From the NCBI RefSeq assembly GCF_009729545.1, contig NZ_WFIY01000004.1:240666-264665 (forward strand): DNA of 24,000 nt, given 5' to 3'. Origin of the DNA: Acidianus infernus. Lineage in GTDB: Archaea; Thermoproteota; Thermoprotei_A; Sulfolobales; Sulfolobaceae. Both the position numbers and the translations under genes were made by a program. Shown here piece after piece: positions 9,742 to 18,712 of the stretch. Numbering within the stretch: position 1 is the first letter of the stretch; each line of letters starts with the position of its first letter. The notes below the pieces were generated by a model. That model was not told the DNA's origin, searched no databases, and saw only the letters and a list, made by a program, of their open reading frames with translations.

Positions 9742-10455
9742 TCATAAAGTATTTATTACCTTTACTGGTATAGGCATTGGTATGTCCGACTTATTCTGAT
9801 CGTTCTTATTACTCTGATCTGAAGTATTACCTATTGGTGTTGGTGTTTTTAAGTCGAGTCCTTCTTTATCTAATAGGTCAAGTTTATCTAACGTTTTCCT
9901 TATGTCGTCTTTTTCCATTGTATAACTATCCTTAGCCTGTCTTAAAATTTCTATAGAGTTTTTATACGAAGATTCCGACATTTCTGCAGCTATGTAACTC
10001 ATTTTTACAGCTATCATTGCTTTATCAATTTGCGTTAGTTGGTCTTCAACGTCATTAAGTCTTTGTTTTAGCTTATTCTTAATCTTTGTATAATCATCCC
10101 TTATCTTTACCATTTCAGTGTCAAGCTTTCTTTTCATATCGTCGTACGTTGATTTTGGAATCTCTTGTTTAGCGTACAACTCCTCTAATGCTCTTTGTCT
10201 TTTCCTAATTTTTTCCATATATGTTAAGGTCTTTATAGCCTCGGCTTTCCAATCTGGTAAAACTACAATGTTGTCTCCGTCAATTTTTATTCTAGAAGGA
10301 TCTATAGTATTAAACGAATTTCCTTGAGCTACTTCTATTCCAGTAACGCTTCCATCGACTTCGGTGTAAACGTGAACGATGTATCCAAAATCTCTGCCAT
10401 ATGGATCTTTTACTTTTTGTCCAATGTATTTCATTAATATCTCAGCTGATATCAT
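9742..10455 (-). CDS. cdvA: Cell division protein CdvA (PRC-barrel, coiled coil and C-terminal ESCRT-III-binding peptide)
   Basis: N-terminal PRC-barrel-like segment ([34 protein letters not shown]), a long coiled coil, and the C-terminal IPVKVINTL peptide typical of Sulfolobales CdvA. I prefer ATG 10455, preceded by GAGGAG; the ORF-track start is a TTG at 10470. Confidence 0.9.
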   Translation of the reverse strand: MISAEILMKYIGQKVKDPYGRDFGYIVHVYTEVDGSVTGIEVAQGNSFNTIDPSRIKIDGDNIVVLPDWKAEAIKTLTYMEKIRKRQRALEELYAKQEIPKSTYDDMKRKLDTEMVKIRDDYTKIKNKLKQRLNDVEDQLTQIDKAMIAVKMSYIAAEMSESSYKNSIEILRQAKDSYTMEKDDIRKTLDKLDLLDKEGLDLKTPTPIGNTSDQSNKNDQNKSDIPMPIPVKVINTL

Positions 10456-10485
10456 GGTAATACTCCTCAAAGTTACATGTTGAGA

Positions 10486-10499
10486 TAAAATATTTAAAA
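10486..10499 (-). promoter_or_regulatory. Candidate cdvA TATA box (minus strand TTTTAAATATTTTA)
   Basis: A strong A/T box centred about 37 nt upstream of ATG 10455. The predicted TSS is near 10467, giving a short leader that carries GAGGAG. Confidence 0.5.
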
Positions 10500-10507
10500 G
10501 GGTTAAG

Positions 10508-10564
10508 GCTCGTCAGAAGGTCTTTTTCATCACAGATAAGCGCTTTTAACCTTCATCATCAAGC
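10508..10564 (-). ncRNA. Candidate box C/D sRNA directly upstream of the cdvA promoter
   Basis: The minus strand reads GCUUG-AUGAUGA-AGGUUAAAAGCG-CUUA-UCU-GUGAUGA-AAAAGACCUU-CUGA-CGAGC. It has a perfect C box, a 12-nt spacer, a degenerate D', a 3-nt loop, a perfect C', a 10-nt spacer, a perfect D box and a 5-bp terminal stem (GCUUG/CGAGC, including one G-U pair). 57 nt. A TATA-like TTTATTTATA lies about 26 nt upstream. Confidence 0.65.
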
Positions 10565-10616
10565 GAGTAATATTATGGGTTGTGGTATAAATAAACTTTA
10601 TACATAAAAAGGATAA

Positions 10617-10868
10617 GTGATGGCATTAAGTGAACTTAGTAACATTACATCGCAGATATTCGGTAATATTAATATACAAACTGTTCCTATTTCTGAAATA
10701 TTAATAGTGACAGGCATTGTTATAGCATCGATAATCTTATTTGCTGCATTTATATATGGAATGTTTAAATTAGCTAAGGCATTACCTTCAATGTCAGTTA
10801 AGAATTTTATGTTATTTATGCTAGTAATTGCGGCAGTGTTAATAATTATAGGTATCCTTATACCATAA
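10617..10868 (+). CDS. Small membrane protein (two predicted TM helices)
   Basis: 83-aa ORF (GTG 10617 or ATG 10620) with two long hydrophobic stretches (ILIVTGIVIASIILFAAFIYGMF and FMLFMLVIAAVLIIIGILI). TATAAATAAA lies about 27 nt upstream. Confidence 0.5.
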   Translation: MMALSELSNITSQIFGNINIQTVPISEILIVTGIVIASIILFAAFIYGMFKLAKALPSMSVKNFMLFMLVIAAVLIIIGILIP

Positions 10869-10870
10869 AG

Positions 10871-12124
10871 TTAGATAATATTTTTATTTCCATATTCTAT
10901 TTCATATTCATTTTCTATCTCTAATATTCTATTATATTTTGCTGTTCTTTCTCCTCTTGCAGGGGCTCCAGTCTTTATAAAATCACTGTTTAATCCTACG
11001 GCTAGGTCTGCTATGAAACTGTCTTCGGTTTCTCCGCTCCTATGGCTTATTATTGTTTTTATGGAATTTTCTCTAGCGGTGTCAAAGAATTCGTAAGTTT
11101 CTGTTAAAGTTCCTATTTGATTAGGCTTAACTATAACTCCTCTAGTTGATTTATTTTCTATTCCTTTCTTAAGATATTTAACGTTGGTAGTATACAAATC
11201 ATCTCCAGTTATAATAGTGTTTTTAAGTTTAGATTGAAGTTCTGCAAAATGCTCAAAATCGTTCTCGTTAAATGGATCTTCTAGATATAGAATTGGGTAT
11301 TTCCCTGCTAATTCTGAATAGTAATCTATCATTTCTTCTGCAGACTTTTTGGTTCCATCTATTTCGTATACTCCTTCCTTTTCATTGTAAAAATCTGAGG
11401 ATGCCGCATCCATGCCAAAGAAAAATTCTCCTTCATATCCTGCCTTCTTTACCGCATTGGATAACAATTCTAATGCCTCTTCTGTTTTATTTAATGGTGG
11501 GGATACTCCACCTTCGTCTCCTAACGCTGTATAAATTTTTCCAAATTTTTCGCTAACAAGGTTTTTTAACTGCTTATAAACTTCTGTTGATGCAAATAAA
11601 GCTTCGCTAAATTTATTAAATTTTAAAGGAATTATAATAAATTCTTGGATTTTTAGATTATTACCTGCATGAAGTCCTCCGTTTAATATATTTAAAAGAG
11701 GAACAGGAATTCTATGTTTTCTTCCACCGCCTATATATTGAAAAATTTCAAGACCTAGTGCTTTAGCTGCAGTTTTTGCCACAGCTATTGAGGTAGCTAT
11801 TATTGCATTTGCCCCCAATTTTGATTTGTTATCTGTCCCATCAAGTTGTATTAATGTTCTATCGATATCTTCTTGTCTTCTTACATCGAAACCTCTTAAT
11901 GCATCATTGATAAAGTAATTTACGGAATCTATAGCGGGTTTAACTCCGCCTTTACTATCTCTTAATTCTATAGCTTCCCTGCTACCTTTAGACGCACCTG
12001 CAGGTGCATCGCCAAAGGATTTTATTCCCCCTTCAGTTTCTACGAATACTCTTATAGTTCTATTTCCTCTGGAGTCAAGTATTTCTATTCCTTTTATTTT
12101 TTTAATAATGAACTTGTCAGACAA
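10871..12124 (-). CDS. eno: Enolase (phosphopyruvate hydratase)
   Basis: [44 protein letters not shown] and [17 protein letters not shown]-type motifs. 417 aa. Confidence 0.95.
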   Translation of the reverse strand: MSDKFIIKKIKGIEILDSRGNRTIRVFVETEGGIKSFGDAPAGASKGSREAIELRDSKGGVKPAIDSVNYFINDALRGFDVRRQEDIDRTLIQLDGTDNKSKLGANAIIATSIAVAKTAAKALGLEIFQYIGGGRKHRIPVPLLNILNGGLHAGNNLKIQEFIIIPLKFNKFSEALFASTEVYKQLKNLVSEKFGKIYTALGDEGGVSPPLNKTEEALELLSNAVKKAGYEGEFFFGMDAASSDFYNEKEGVYEIDGTKKSAEEMIDYYSELAGKYPILYLEDPFNENDFEHFAELQSKLKNTIITGDDLYTTNVKYLKKGIENKSTRGVIVKPNQIGTLTETYEFFDTARENSIKTIISHRSGETEDSFIADLAVGLNSDFIKTGAPARGERTAKYNRILEIENEYEIEYGNKNII

Positions 12125-12163
12125 TTTAAATTACCTCCATAGAATTTACTATTCAAGGATATA

Positions 12164-12457
12164 ATGTTCATCGTTCCTTTTATATTCTTAATTTATGGAA
12201 TTCTCTCGCCAGTATATTTTGTAATACTTAAAGGAAAGCTTAGTAACGAAAAGGCTTTTTTATTTACTTGGACTTTATCTCCTTTCATTATCTCTTATGT
12301 TTATAACTGTATTTTTATTTTCTATTATATTCTAGTAATATCTAATTTTATTTTCTTATATGTGGCATTAAATGATAAGTTAAGGAAGTATTTATGGAAC
12401 GGAGTTCTATTTTTAGTTCTAGCTTTTTTGATAGAATTTATTTATAAGATTTTTTAA
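12164..12457 (+). CDS. Small hydrophobic membrane protein (hypothetical)
   Basis: 97-aa ORF that is almost entirely hydrophobic (about 3 TM segments). No motif recognised. It is low-complexity and AT-rich, so it could be spurious. Confidence 0.4.
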   Translation: MFIVPFIFLIYGILSPVYFVILKGKLSNEKAFLFTWTLSPFIISYVYNCIFIFYYILVISNFIFLYVALNDKLRKYLWNGVLFLVLAFLIEFIYKIF

Positions 12458-12481
12458 GTCCTAAATAGTGATAGATGATAC

Positions 12482-12805
12482 ATGCCAAAAAGAAAACAAA
12501 AAGAAATAGATGTTTGTCCTAACTGTGGTACAAAGGTAGACAAACCAGTTAAGACTTGGAATCTAGTTTCTCCTTTACCTGATGCAGAAGGTAGAATTAC
12601 TATTACTATCATGGGATCTTACGTTTGTCCCAACTGCGGCTATAAGTGGAGAGGGGTAGTATCTAAGATAAAAGCAGGAGGTTCATCTGTGGAAATTCAA
12701 GGAAAAAATGGTACAGTTAAAAAGATTGGCGACGAAAAACCAGAGAAAAGAGATGAGGGAGAAATCATAGAGCTTGATTTAAGTGATCTAGATGAAGAAG
12801 AGTGA
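12482..12805 (+). CDS. Zinc-ribbon protein with basic N-terminus and acidic C-terminal tail
   Basis: MPKRKQK..., two CPNCG motifs 33 residues apart, and the C-terminal EGEIIELDLSDLDEEE. It overlaps the downstream signal peptidase start by 14 nt. Confidence 0.65.
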   Translation: MPKRKQKEIDVCPNCGTKVDKPVKTWNLVSPLPDAEGRITITIMGSYVCPNCGYKWRGVVSKIKAGGSSVEIQGKNGTVKKIGDEKPEKRDEGEIIELDLSDLDEEE

Positions 12806-13208
12806 CATTGCAATAATTATTTTTATAGCTTTTGTTTATATTCTATTCTTTACTAATATAATTACTACTGCAAGCGTAGAAGGAGTATCGATGTATCCGG
12901 TTTTTCAGAACGGCGCGCTAACGTTTTACGGTCCGCCAGAAAATATACAATATCATAATGTTATAATTTATAAATCTCCCGAATACGGAATTTATGTTAT
13001 CCACAGAGTTGTTGGCATAGATGGCAATCATTACATTACACAAGGCGTTGATAATATATCAAATCCATATCCTGATAATAGAATTGGGTTAGAACCACCA
13101 CAAGGAATTCCTAGTACAGATGTAATAGGAAAAGTAACTGAAGTCAATGGTTATATAATTTCAGTACCATATTTAGGTTATCTTTCTATATTATTTTCCT
13201 ATCTCTGA
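12792..13208 (+). CDS. Archaeal type I signal peptidase (S26B / Sec11-like)
   Basis: N-terminal TM anchor, then the Ser box VEGVSMYPVF and the His box YVIHRVVG, characteristic of Sec11/SPC18-type signal peptidases. 138 aa. Confidence 0.8.
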   Translation: MKKSDIAIIIFIAFVYILFFTNIITTASVEGVSMYPVFQNGALTFYGPPENIQYHNVIIYKSPEYGIYVIHRVVGIDGNHYITQGVDNISNPYPDNRIGLEPPQGIPSTDVIGKVTEVNGYIISVPYLGYLSILFSYL

Positions 13209-14717
13209 CTATTTTAATATTTTTATTACACCTTTTTCTCTAAGCCTAAGTACTCTATAAGACGGTGTTACACTAGTAGGATGATTGGCTTTAACTTGGT
13301 CTAATCTTTTTACACTAGTATTCTGAGGAGTTTGACGTATTTTTTCTGGATCTTTATAACTTTCCTCTAGAATTTCCTTTAATGTCTCTATGAATTTATC
13401 TAAAGTCTCTTTAGGCTCGGTTTCAGTAGGTTCTATCATTAATGCTTCTTCTATAATTCCTGGAAAGTAAATAGTTGGGGCATAAAAGCCTCTATCTAAT
13501 AACGCCTTAGCAATATCTAATGCAGTAACTCCTTTGTCGTTAAGCAAAGGTTTTGCACTAAATACGACCTCATGTTTTCTTGGTCTATGTGGCGCTAATA
13601 ATTCTAAGCCTTTAACATCTTTAAGCTTAGAAATTAAATAATTAGTAGCTAACGTGCTCATTTTCCCTACTTGTGAAACACCTTGAGGTCCTAAACCTAA
13701 TATATAAACATAGGCTCTTATAACATTCCCTATGTTACCATAGAAGGAGGCTATTTTACCAATAGTTTTTACTGGAGTCCTTAAAACATACTTACCTCCT
13801 TCTTTATCAACTATTGGATATGGCAAATATTCTTTTAGTTCGCCTTTAGCACAAATTGCTCCTGCTCCAGGTCCTCCACCGCCATGCGGCACTGCAAATG
13901 TCTTATGCAAGTTTATATGAACTATATCGAATCCCATATCTCCAGGTCTTGCAATTCCTAGTATACCATTTAAATTTGCACCGTCGTAATATAATACTCC
14001 ATCTACAGAATGGATTATCTTAGATATCTCCAATATATTTTCCTCAAATAATCCTAAAGTATTAGGATTTGTAAGCATTAATCCCGCAGTTTTTGAATTA
14101 ACTACTTCTTTTAGTATATCAATATCGACAAGCCCTTCTTGATTAGATTTAATATAAATTACTTTATATCCACTCATTGCAGCACTTGCAGGATTAGTTC
14201 CGTGGGCAGTATCTGCAACTAACATTTCATCTCTTTCCCTATTTTTAGTTTTATGATATTTCTTAATCATCAAAACTCCAGCTAATTCTCCTGCGGCTCC
14301 TGCAGGGATTTGAAGACTGCATTCATCCATTCCCGTCATTTCTGCTAGCCATTTCTGCATTTCGTACATCATTTCTAGAATTCCTTGTACAGTATCCTCA
14401 TCTTGTAATGGGTGATAATTTTCCACTACTCTACTAGTTAACTCCTCAACTTTAGGGTTATATTTCATAGTGCATGATCCTAGCGGCATCATTCCTAAGT
14501 CTACGCCAAAGTTCTGTTGTGAAAGTCTTATAAAGTGTCTTACAACTTCCAATTCACTTAATTCTGGAATTTCAAGATCATTTTTCCTCTTAATTTTCTC
14601 TGGTATGTCAATTTTTACATCTATATTCTCTTCTGGTATTATAATTCCTTGTTTTCTTTTTTTGTTACTTGATAATTCGTAAATAAGTGGCTCGTCCCAA
14701 TTAGCTTGTCTCCACAA
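13209..14717 (-). CDS. gcvPB: Glycine dehydrogenase (decarboxylating) subunit 2 (P-protein beta)
   Basis: The PLP site HINLHKTFAVPHGGGGPGAG, TAHGTNPASA, 502 aa, and an overlap with the gcvPA stop. Confidence 0.95.
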   Translation of the reverse strand: MWRQANWDEPLIYELSSNKKRKQGIIIPEENIDVKIDIPEKIKRKNDLEIPELSELEVVRHFIRLSQQNFGVDLGMMPLGSCTMKYNPKVEELTSRVVENYHPLQDEDTVQGILEMMYEMQKWLAEMTGMDECSLQIPAGAAGELAGVLMIKKYHKTKNRERDEMLVADTAHGTNPASAAMSGYKVIYIKSNQEGLVDIDILKEVVNSKTAGLMLTNPNTLGLFEENILEISKIIHSVDGVLYYDGANLNGILGIARPGDMGFDIVHINLHKTFAVPHGGGGPGAGAICAKGELKEYLPYPIVDKEGGKYVLRTPVKTIGKIASFYGNIGNVIRAYVYILGLGPQGVSQVGKMSTLATNYLISKLKDVKGLELLAPHRPRKHEVVFSAKPLLNDKGVTALDIAKALLDRGFYAPTIYFPGIIEEALMIEPTETEPKETLDKFIETLKEILEESYKDPEKIRQTPQNTSVKRLDQVKANHPTSVTPSYRVLRLREKGVIKILK

Positions 14718-16053
14718 TTTTTTTCACCTCTTCTATCATTTCATCTATCATACGCTTTGTGTGTACTTCAGTGACGCAAAATATTGCGTCGTTATCTGAG
14801 ATTTTTAATCCTCCATAAATTCCTCTAGCTTTCAAATTCTCGTGAATTTTACCGTAGCTTATGGGAAAACTTACTGTAAATTCCTCAAAGAAATCAGAAT
14901 TAAACTTTCTTTTTCCAATACCTTTTTTCTCAAATTCTAAAAGAGCATAATGACTTCTCTTATATATTTCTTCTGCAAGTTTCCTTAAACCAGATTTTCC
15001 TAATAATGATATATATACTGCGTTAGCTATTGCCATTAAGGCTTCATTTGTGGTTATATTTGAAGTAGCTTTTTCTCTTCTTGTGAATTGTTCTCTCGTC
15101 TGCAAAATAAGAGTATAACCCCTTTTACCTTCAGAATCTGTAGTTAATCCTACTAGTCTACCAGGCATTTGCCTTACTAATTTACCGTCCCATTTAGTGG
15201 CAAAAATTCCCATATAAGGTCCTCCAAAATTTAACGGTAAACCTAGTTCCTGGCCGTCTCCTACCGCGATATCAATATCGTATTCTCCAGGTGGTTTTAT
15301 TAAACTTAAAGATAGTGGATTCACGCCCATAATCGTAATGGCTCCTTTCTTTTTAGCTAAATCAACTATTTCTTCAATGTCAGTCTCAAATATCCCAAAA
15401 AAGTTTGGTTGTTGAATATAAACAGCGGAAGTTTCTTCATCTATTTCTTTCTCTGCAACTTCTAAGTTAATTTTTCCTTCATTAGTATAAGGAATTTCCT
15501 TTATTTTTATCTCTTTCCCATAAGTCCAAGTTTCTAAGACTTTTTTGTGGTAAGGATTAATTGATGCAGGAATTACAACCTTTTTCTTACCGTTTATCCT
15601 ATAAGCCATTAATACTGCTTCAGCTAACGCAGATCCCCACTCATACATTGACGAATTTACCACTTCCATTTCAAGTAGATCCGCCATCAAACTTTGATAT
15701 TCGAATAAAGCCTGGAGTAGGCCTTGGCTTATTTCTGGTTGGTAAGGAGTGTATGATGTGTAAAACTCAGACCTTGATATAACAAACTTTACTGCTTCTG
15801 GTACATAATGGGGACATACTCCTCCTCCTAAAAATGGAGGCATTCTTAATTTAGTGTTCTTATTTTCAAGTTCCAGAAGCCTTAAATAAATTTCATATTC
15901 TGAAAGAGGTTTTGAATAACCAACATTCAATAATCTTTTTAATTTTATTTCCTCTGGTATATCCTTAAATAGATCGTCAATGCTATTTACTCCTATTTCT
16001 CTAATCATTTCGTTCTCATAATCAAGGTTGGGTAGCCAAGGGTGGTAGTCCAT
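14701..16053 (-). CDS. gcvPA: Glycine dehydrogenase (decarboxylating) subunit 1 (P-protein alpha)
   Basis: YTPYQPEISQGLLQALFEYQSLMADL and TREQFTRREKATSNITTNEAL motifs. 450 aa, immediately upstream of gcvPB. Confidence 0.95.
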   Translation of the reverse strand: MDYHPWLPNLDYENEMIREIGVNSIDDLFKDIPEEIKLKRLLNVGYSKPLSEYEIYLRLLELENKNTKLRMPPFLGGGVCPHYVPEAVKFVISRSEFYTSYTPYQPEISQGLLQALFEYQSLMADLLEMEVVNSSMYEWGSALAEAVLMAYRINGKKKVVIPASINPYHKKVLETWTYGKEIKIKEIPYTNEGKINLEVAEKEIDEETSAVYIQQPNFFGIFETDIEEIVDLAKKKGAITIMGVNPLSLSLIKPPGEYDIDIAVGDGQELGLPLNFGGPYMGIFATKWDGKLVRQMPGRLVGLTTDSEGKRGYTLILQTREQFTRREKATSNITTNEALMAIANAVYISLLGKSGLRKLAEEIYKRSHYALLEFEKKGIGKRKFNSDFFEEFTVSFPISYGKIHENLKARGIYGGLKISDNDAIFCVTEVHTKRMIDEMIEEVKKIVETS

Positions 16054-16089
16054 TTAAATTTCATATAGTATGTTTTATAGAGGATTATA
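16054..16089. promoter_or_regulatory. Compact bidirectional promoter region between gcvPA and gcvT
   Basis: Only 36 bp separate the divergent ATGs. TTTAAATT/CATATAG elements face gcvT, and CTATAAAA/TTATAAT elements on the minus strand face gcvPA. Both mRNAs must therefore be leaderless or nearly so. Confidence 0.4.
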
Positions 16090-17133
16090 ATGTTGTTTAA
16101 AACTCCTCTTTCAACAGTTGAAGAGAAGATAGGTGCAAATTTTGGAGAATTTGCTGGATGGGAAATGCCAATGGATTATACTTCTTATCAAGACGAGCAC
16201 ATGGCTGTAAGGCAAAGTGCTGCGTTTTTTGACCTTTCTCACATGGGTAGAATAAGAATAAAAGGAAAAAAAGAAGAGCTAGATAAGATAGTAACTAGAT
16301 CATTATTATCTGAAAACTTTAGGATGATAGGGCCTTCTGCAATGCTAAATGAGAAGGGTGGATTTATAGACGACATTATGATTTACAAGGTGTCAGATAC
16401 AGAGTTTTTAATGGTGACTAATGCTATCAATAGAGAGAAAGATGTCAACTGGATAAAACATAATTCTTCGCTGGAAGTCGAGGACTTAACTTTCGATTAT
16501 GCTATGCTAGCAATACAAGGTAGGAGAGTTTGGGAATTATTAGGATATAAAACGAATCTACAACCTTTACAGTTTGTTTTAAATTCAAATTTTCTAGGAG
16601 AAGATGTATTCTTATTAAGTAGATCTGGATGGACTGGAGAAGACGGTTTAGAAGTTTGGGCTAAGGCGGAGGTTGCTGAGAGGATAATAAATAAACTAAT
16701 GGAAAAAGGAATTAAACCGGCAGGACTAATAGCTAGGGATAGTTTAAGGCAGGAAATGGGATTTGTATTATATGGAGAGGATATAGATGAAAACACGACG
16801 CCAGTAGAGGCTAGATATTGGGTCTTTGATTTAGATAAAAATTTTATAGGAAAGGAAAAAATTGATGAACAACTCAAGAATGGCGTAAAAAGAATAAGAG
16901 TTGGGTTTAAATTGCAAAAAGGTATAAGGGCTATACCTCGTCATGGTTATAAGATAAGAATCCTAGAAACAGAAGTAGGAGAAGTAACTAGTTCGACTTA
17001 TTCACCATATTTAGGTAGGGTAATAGGCATGGGTTATATTAATTCATCTAATGCATTCTTTGGATTTCACGCTAATATAGAAATTAGAGGCAAGGACTAT
17101 AGAGCTAAAATCTCAGACTTTCCATTAATCTAG
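16090..17133 (+). CDS. gcvT: Aminomethyltransferase (glycine cleavage T protein)
   Basis: FDLSHMGRIRIKG, GWTGEDGLEV and ARDSLRQEMG motifs. 347 aa. Confidence 0.95.
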   Translation: MLFKTPLSTVEEKIGANFGEFAGWEMPMDYTSYQDEHMAVRQSAAFFDLSHMGRIRIKGKKEELDKIVTRSLLSENFRMIGPSAMLNEKGGFIDDIMIYKVSDTEFLMVTNAINREKDVNWIKHNSSLEVEDLTFDYAMLAIQGRRVWELLGYKTNLQPLQFVLNSNFLGEDVFLLSRSGWTGEDGLEVWAKAEVAERIINKLMEKGIKPAGLIARDSLRQEMGFVLYGEDIDENTTPVEARYWVFDLDKNFIGKEKIDEQLKNGVKRIRVGFKLQKGIRAIPRHGYKIRILETEVGEVTSSTYSPYLGRVIGMGYINSSNAFFGFHANIEIRGKDYRAKISDFPLI

Positions 17134-17550
17134 GTGTTTATATTGGGAGAAATAAAAGTGGGAAAATACATAGTCCTAGATGATAGACTTTATACTGAAA
17201 CTGACGAATGGGTAAAGATTGATGGGGACGTTGCTGTAGTGGGAATAACTGATTATGCCCAAAAGAAGTTAAGGGACATTGTTGGAATTGAATTACCTAA
17301 GGTTAATCAAGAAGTTAAAGCTGGAGATCCGGTTGGAACTATAGAGTCAGTTAAGGCGGCTTCGGATCTTTATTCACCATTAAGTGGTATAGTAGTAGAG
17401 GTAAATGAGGGGCTTGAAACTTCTCCAGAAATTATAAATAAAGATCCTTACGGCGAAGGTTGGATGTTCAAGATTAAAATTAAAGACAAATCGGAGGCTC
17501 AAAGGCTATTAACTCCAGAAAAATATATTGAGAAAATAAGAGGTGAATAA
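17134..17550 (+). CDS. gcvH: Glycine cleavage system H protein (lipoyl carrier)
   Basis: [18 protein letters not shown] and the lipoyl-lysine motif [15 protein letters not shown]. The start is uncertain: GTG 17134, TTG 17143 and GTG 17158 are all in frame. Confidence 0.9.
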   Translation: MFILGEIKVGKYIVLDDRLYTETDEWVKIDGDVAVVGITDYAQKKLRDIVGIELPKVNQEVKAGDPVGTIESVKAASDLYSPLSGIVVEVNEGLETSPEIINKDPYGEGWMFKIKIKDKSEAQRLLTPEKYIEKIRGE

Positions 17551-18292
17551 ATTGTCGTTTGAGATTAGAGAATCGTACATTCCTCAATTAACTAAACCAA
17601 GTTATATGATAATTGGATTGCCAGATGCAGGCCTAGTTGGAGAAATTGCTACAGAATTTTTAATAGAAAAAGGAGGATTCAAGGAATATGGCGAAGTTTT
17701 TTCCAAGAAATACATTCCGCCAGTTATGCATGTTACTAATGGTGTTGCTAAGTCTCCTCTAAGGGTATATCATAACATTAACACAATAATATTACATGCA
17801 TGGACGGCATTACCTGCGTCTTCAGCGTATCCGTTGGCAGAGTTTATAGTTGATTATGCTAAGAAATACGGGATAGATACAATCATTTCTATTACCGGTG
17901 TTCCAATACCTAATAGGTTAGATATAGAAAAGCCTACTGCCTATTGGATAGCAAGTGAGGAAGGACTATCAGAAGAATTGTCAAAGACTAATTTAATGCA
18001 AAAATTCGATGACGGGTATATTGCAGGTCCTTATGCACCTATATTACTTGAAGCGTCAAGGAAAAATGTTAGAAATTTTGTAGTAGTTGTTGAATCTTTC
18101 CTTGATATACCGGACCCAGAAGCTTCTGCAGTGGCATTGGATATTATATCAAAATATATAGGCTTTAGTATAGATGTCAGCTCTTTACTTAAAGAAGCAG
18201 AAGAAATAAGGGCTAAAATTAAAGGCTTAATGGAGCAAACTAAGAAAGAACTTCCGTCATATTCTTCTGTAAGGCCTATGAGCTATGCGTGA
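17543..18292 (+). CDS. PAC2-family proteasome assembly chaperone (PbaA/PbaB-like)
   Basis: N-terminal [14 protein letters not shown] (PAC2 G-x-P-G-x-G-x-V-G-type motif), about 250 aa, and a penultimate Tyr at the C-terminus (...PMSYA). An alternative start at TTG 17552 lies 5 nt after GAGGTGA. Confidence 0.75.
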   Translation: MNKLSFEIRESYIPQLTKPSYMIIGLPDAGLVGEIATEFLIEKGGFKEYGEVFSKKYIPPVMHVTNGVAKSPLRVYHNINTIILHAWTALPASSAYPLAEFIVDYAKKYGIDTIISITGVPIPNRLDIEKPTAYWIASEEGLSEELSKTNLMQKFDDGYIAGPYAPILLEASRKNVRNFVVVVESFLDIPDPEASAVALDIISKYIGFSIDVSSLLKEAEEIRAKIKGLMEQTKKELPSYSSVRPMSYA

Positions 18293-18297
18293 TAAAA

Positions 18298-18642
18298 ATG
18301 CCAGCATTTAGAGATCTTTACGATCTTGTGAAAAAGATGATGGAGGAGGAAGAGAAAGAATTTAAGAAGATGAAAGAAGAAATAGAGAAAGAATTTAACG
18401 AACCATTATACACTTATTATGAAACAGATAAGGAAATATACTATATAGTAGATGTTCCTCACTTAGAAAGTCAAACTCTTTACATTAAAATGGAGAATAA
18501 TAAATTAGAATTAAGCTGCAAGGACAAATATGGTAAATGCTATCATTTAGAGCTTCCAGTTAATAACGTAGAGAAATATGACGTGGACGTCGTGAGAAAT
18601 AAAGGATTTGTAAAGATAGTTCTGAAGAAGAAATCCACTTAA
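18298..18642 (+). CDS. Small Hsp20/alpha-crystallin-domain-like protein
   Basis: The pattern YETDKEIYYIVDVPHLESQTLYIKMENNKLELS...YHLELPVNNVEKYDVDVVRNKGFVKIVLKKK follows the ACD beta-sandwich consensus (D.PG....i.v......L.i......y.r...LP..v......a...nGvL.i.lpK). ATG 18298 is preferred over GTG 18289. Confidence 0.55.
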   Translation: MPAFRDLYDLVKKMMEEEEKEFKKMKEEIEKEFNEPLYTYYETDKEIYYIVDVPHLESQTLYIKMENNKLELSCKDKYGKCYHLELPVNNVEKYDVDVVRNKGFVKIVLKKKST

Positions 18643-18712
18643 AAAGCTTCTTTTATAAGTTTATAATAAAGTTGCAACATATTTATAAACGCTGTTTAAC
18701 ATAGTAAAAATA

